64,000 nucleotides of DNA from Nanobdellati archaeon. Its GTDB lineage: Archaea > EX4484-52 > GLR71. Position numbers and translations under genes: made by a program. Shown piece by piece: positions 61,739-64,000 of the stretch (position 1 is its first letter; each line of letters opens with the position of its first letter). The DNA is taken from NCBI GenBank assembly GCA_019429005.1, contig JAHYJR010000005.1, positions 54,581 to 118,580 on the forward strand. The letters run 5' to 3'. The notes below the pieces were generated by a model. That model was not told the origin of the DNA, ran no database searches, and saw only the letters and a program-made list of their open reading frames with translations.

Positions 61739-63127
61739 ATGTGTTTAATGATGTATTATCGAAAACAGATTTTATTTATACTTTTAATTCTATTTGTAAT
61801 AGTAAGCAGTGGGTGTACAACAATAAATGACAATACTGATTTAATAGATACTTTCTTTTTAGAAAACACTTATATAACTGGACTAATCCCTCAATGTGAA
61901 TCTGGTCTTGTTGACAAAGATTTATGTTATCTTGATATCGCAATTCAGACAAAAAATGTATCTTATTGTTTTAATGTAGGTAGTGTCAATTTAATTCTAG
62001 AATGTATAACACGTTATGCGATTAAGACAAAAAATCCTAATATTTGTACAACGTCATATAGGGTTACAGATTCTTCTCGTGTGAACAAATTTACAAATGA
62101 TTACAGGTATAAATGCTATTATCATTACGCTCTTGAAACTGATGACAAATCAATTTGTGAATTTATTGAACCTCAGAATGAAGAAGCTAAACTGCTTAAA
62201 AAGTACTGTCTTGCAATCTTTGATAAAAACATAGATGCTTGCAGTTCTCTTGAGGTTGATTATTATATTAGCAATAAATATGATAAAATCCAAGGAGATT
62301 GCTTGATTGAGGTTGCAATACGCACAAAAGATGCGAAATTATGTGAATATGCTCTTTTACTTGAAAATGGTCCTTACGGTGTCTATCTTGATCGTCGTAT
62401 GGATGGTGTTTTTATATCTGATTGTTATTCAAAAGTTGCTGAAGCTGTAGGTGATAAAGGTCTATGTGAAAATGCAATAACATATCCTTACAAATATATA
62501 CCTTGTGTTGGCACATTCATACAGCCTGAAGAAGTCACAGATTTTTGCAACACATATACACCAGATTATATTTTAAGTTATAATATGGATACACAATGTG
62601 TAAAAGATCTTGTTCTTGGAAAAGACAACCATTTTTGTGATAATATAATTGATAAATCTGATAAAATACAATGTTTTGATACTGTATGTTCTGAACCTTA
62701 TACTGATTGTAAATCTAAGTACAAACTTTTGCTTGATGAAACCCTTTGTGTTCAGACAACGAAATATGATTTAAACACAAAATCTGAAGATTATGGACAT
62801 ATCTGGAGCGGTTATGCGGGTGGTGCTTGTATAGCAGATATTGCTCAGAAAACAAATAATCCAGTTCTTTGCGAAACAATAACAAACGAGGCATACAGAA
62901 ACAAATGTTATGTCGATTATGCGTACATGACAAAAGATTCAAAATATTGCATAAGTTTGACAATAACAGATGCAAAATCTGACTGCTATACCCCATTTGC
63001 AATATATGATATGGATGAGACTTATTGTCAAAAGATAGGTGTAGATACAAGTTTGATTCAACCTTGTCTTGACAGAATCGCATCAATTCGTGGTTCTGAA
63101 ATCAATTCCAAAACAGAATCTGTGTAA
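61739..63127 (+). CDS. Cys-rich repeat lipoprotein-like surface protein
   Basis: Lipobox-like VIVSSG|C after a hydrophobic helix; about 30 Cys in recurring CY..IA....N...C units. The true start is probably one of the next Mets. Confidence 0.8.
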   Translation: MCLMMYYRKQILFILLILFVIVSSGCTTINDNTDLIDTFFLENTYITGLIPQCESGLVDKDLCYLDIAIQTKNVSYCFNVGSVNLILECITRYAIKTKNPNICTTSYRVTDSSRVNKFTNDYRYKCYYHYALETDDKSICEFIEPQNEEAKLLKKYCLAIFDKNIDACSSLEVDYYISNKYDKIQGDCLIEVAIRTKDAKLCEYALLLENGPYGVYLDRRMDGVFISDCYSKVAEAVGDKGLCENAITYPYKYIPCVGTFIQPEEVTDFCNTYTPDYILSYNMDTQCVKDLVLGKDNHFCDNIIDKSDKIQCFDTVCSEPYTDCKSKYKLLLDETLCVQTTKYDLNTKSEDYGHIWSGYAGGACIADIAQKTNNPVLCETITNEAYRNKCYVDYAYMTKDSKYCISLTITDAKSDCYTPFAIYDMDETYCQKIGVDTSLIQPCLDRIASIRGSEINSKTESV

Positions 63128-63372
63128 TGTCATTATAAATTATACTTGTTGAATCTAACAAACATTTATAAATTTCACATATATAATTTATATCATGGAT
63201 ATTAATACGGCTAATAATACAAATGCAATAAGTATAAAAATTATTAACCTTAGCTCTATTATTATACAGATATAATTACAATATTTGATCTGTGTTTCAG
63301 TTTAAATGTTGTGTAGTTCTTTTCTGATATTTAAACTTTAATACATCTAATATTTATTATGAGGTAATCCGT

Positions 63373-64000
63373 ATGAGCCATAATGATGTTGAAAAGGAAT
63401 TATTAGGATTCTGGAAAAAGAAAGATATATTTATGAAATCGGTAGATCAGAGACCGAAAGATAAGCAGTTTATATTTTATGATGGCCCGCCTTTTGCAAC
63501 AGGATTACCTCATTATGGTCACATTTTAGGTCTTACTATTAAAGACCTTTATCCACGATTTTGGACAATGAAAGGTTATCGTGTAGAACGACGTTGGGGT
63601 TGGGATTGTCATGGTCTTCCAATTGAAAACATCGCAGAAAAAGAGCTTGGTATTAAAAACAAGAAAGGTATTGAAGAATTAGGCGTTACAAAATTCAATA
63701 ATTTTTGCAGATCAAAAGTATTCTTTTTTGAGAAAGAATGGAAAACGACAGTAGATCGTATGGGTAAATGGATTGAGTTTGATAATTCTTACAAGACTCT
63801 TGATAATAGTTACATGGAGACAATCTGGTGGATATTTAAAAAATTGTATGATACTGATTATATCTACAAAGGTAAAAAAGTTCTTATGTATTGTCCGCGT
63901 TGTGAAACACCAATTGCTAATGCAGAAATTTCTATGGATAACAGTTATAAGGATGTTACTGAAAAAAGTGTAATTGCAAAATTCGCTCTTAAAGGTGAGA
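63373..64000 (+). CDS. ileS: Isoleucyl-tRNA synthetase (runs off the window; not in the ORF track)
   Basis: Manual translation from ATG 63373 after GAGGT: FIFYDGPPFATGLPHYGH...KDLYPRF.TMKGY.V.RRWGWDCHGLPIE...YCPRCETP. Confidence 0.95.
   Translation, partial: MSHNDVEKELLGFWKKKDIFMKSVDQRPKDKQFIFYDGPPFATGLPHYGHILGLTIKDLYPRFWTMKGYRVERRWGWDCHGLPIENIAEKELGIKNKKGIEELGVTKFNNFCRSKVFFFEKEWKTTVDRMGKWIEFDNSYKTLDNSYMETIWWIFKKLYDTDYIYKGKKVLMYCPRCETPIANAEISMDNSYKDVTEKSVIAKFALKGE

Noticed and set aside
63128-63372. T-box riboswitch upstream of ileS
   Set aside because: No AGGGTGGNACCGCG-like T-box sequence or GC-rich stems are present.
63773-63973. 66-aa ORF in the track
   Set aside because: It is an out-of-frame overlap with ileS, which the track missed because ileS has no stop inside the window.

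Overview
AT-rich archaeal chromosomal segment. It looks DPANN-like (inference from split rpoB/rpoA, a standalone 5S rRNA, ITG-type signal anchors and giant secreted glycoproteins). Contents in order: (1) 1-9.3 kb type IV pilus locus (pilins, ATPase, two TadC-type proteins) running into truA. (2) A small HTH gene coupled to a 3134-aa repeat-rich membrane-anchored surface protein. (3) rfcS-rfcL and two decayed genes. (4) A five-gene minus-strand cluster of three paralogous large membrane-anchored Ig-like proteins (3474, 1058, 1109 aa) plus two paralogous small TM-coiled-coil proteins, divergent from a secreted transglutaminase-like gene and a membrane-anchored ArsR regulator. (5) AK6, rpl40e and DGGGP synthase. 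(6) Four tRNA genes, all with introns (two in the T-loop at 59/60), and 5S rRNA. (7) rpoH-B''-B'-A'-A''-L30e-S12-S7 without nusA, with repeat-built N-terminal extensions on RpoH and S7. (8) A Cys-rich lipoprotein and the start of a HYGH-type ileS. The best candidates for new biology are the five-gene surface cluster, the binary TKVA[S/D]x18 array in S7, the T-loop introns and an apparently nested domain architecture in the 3134-aa protein. All calls were made by eye from motifs; no database search was run.
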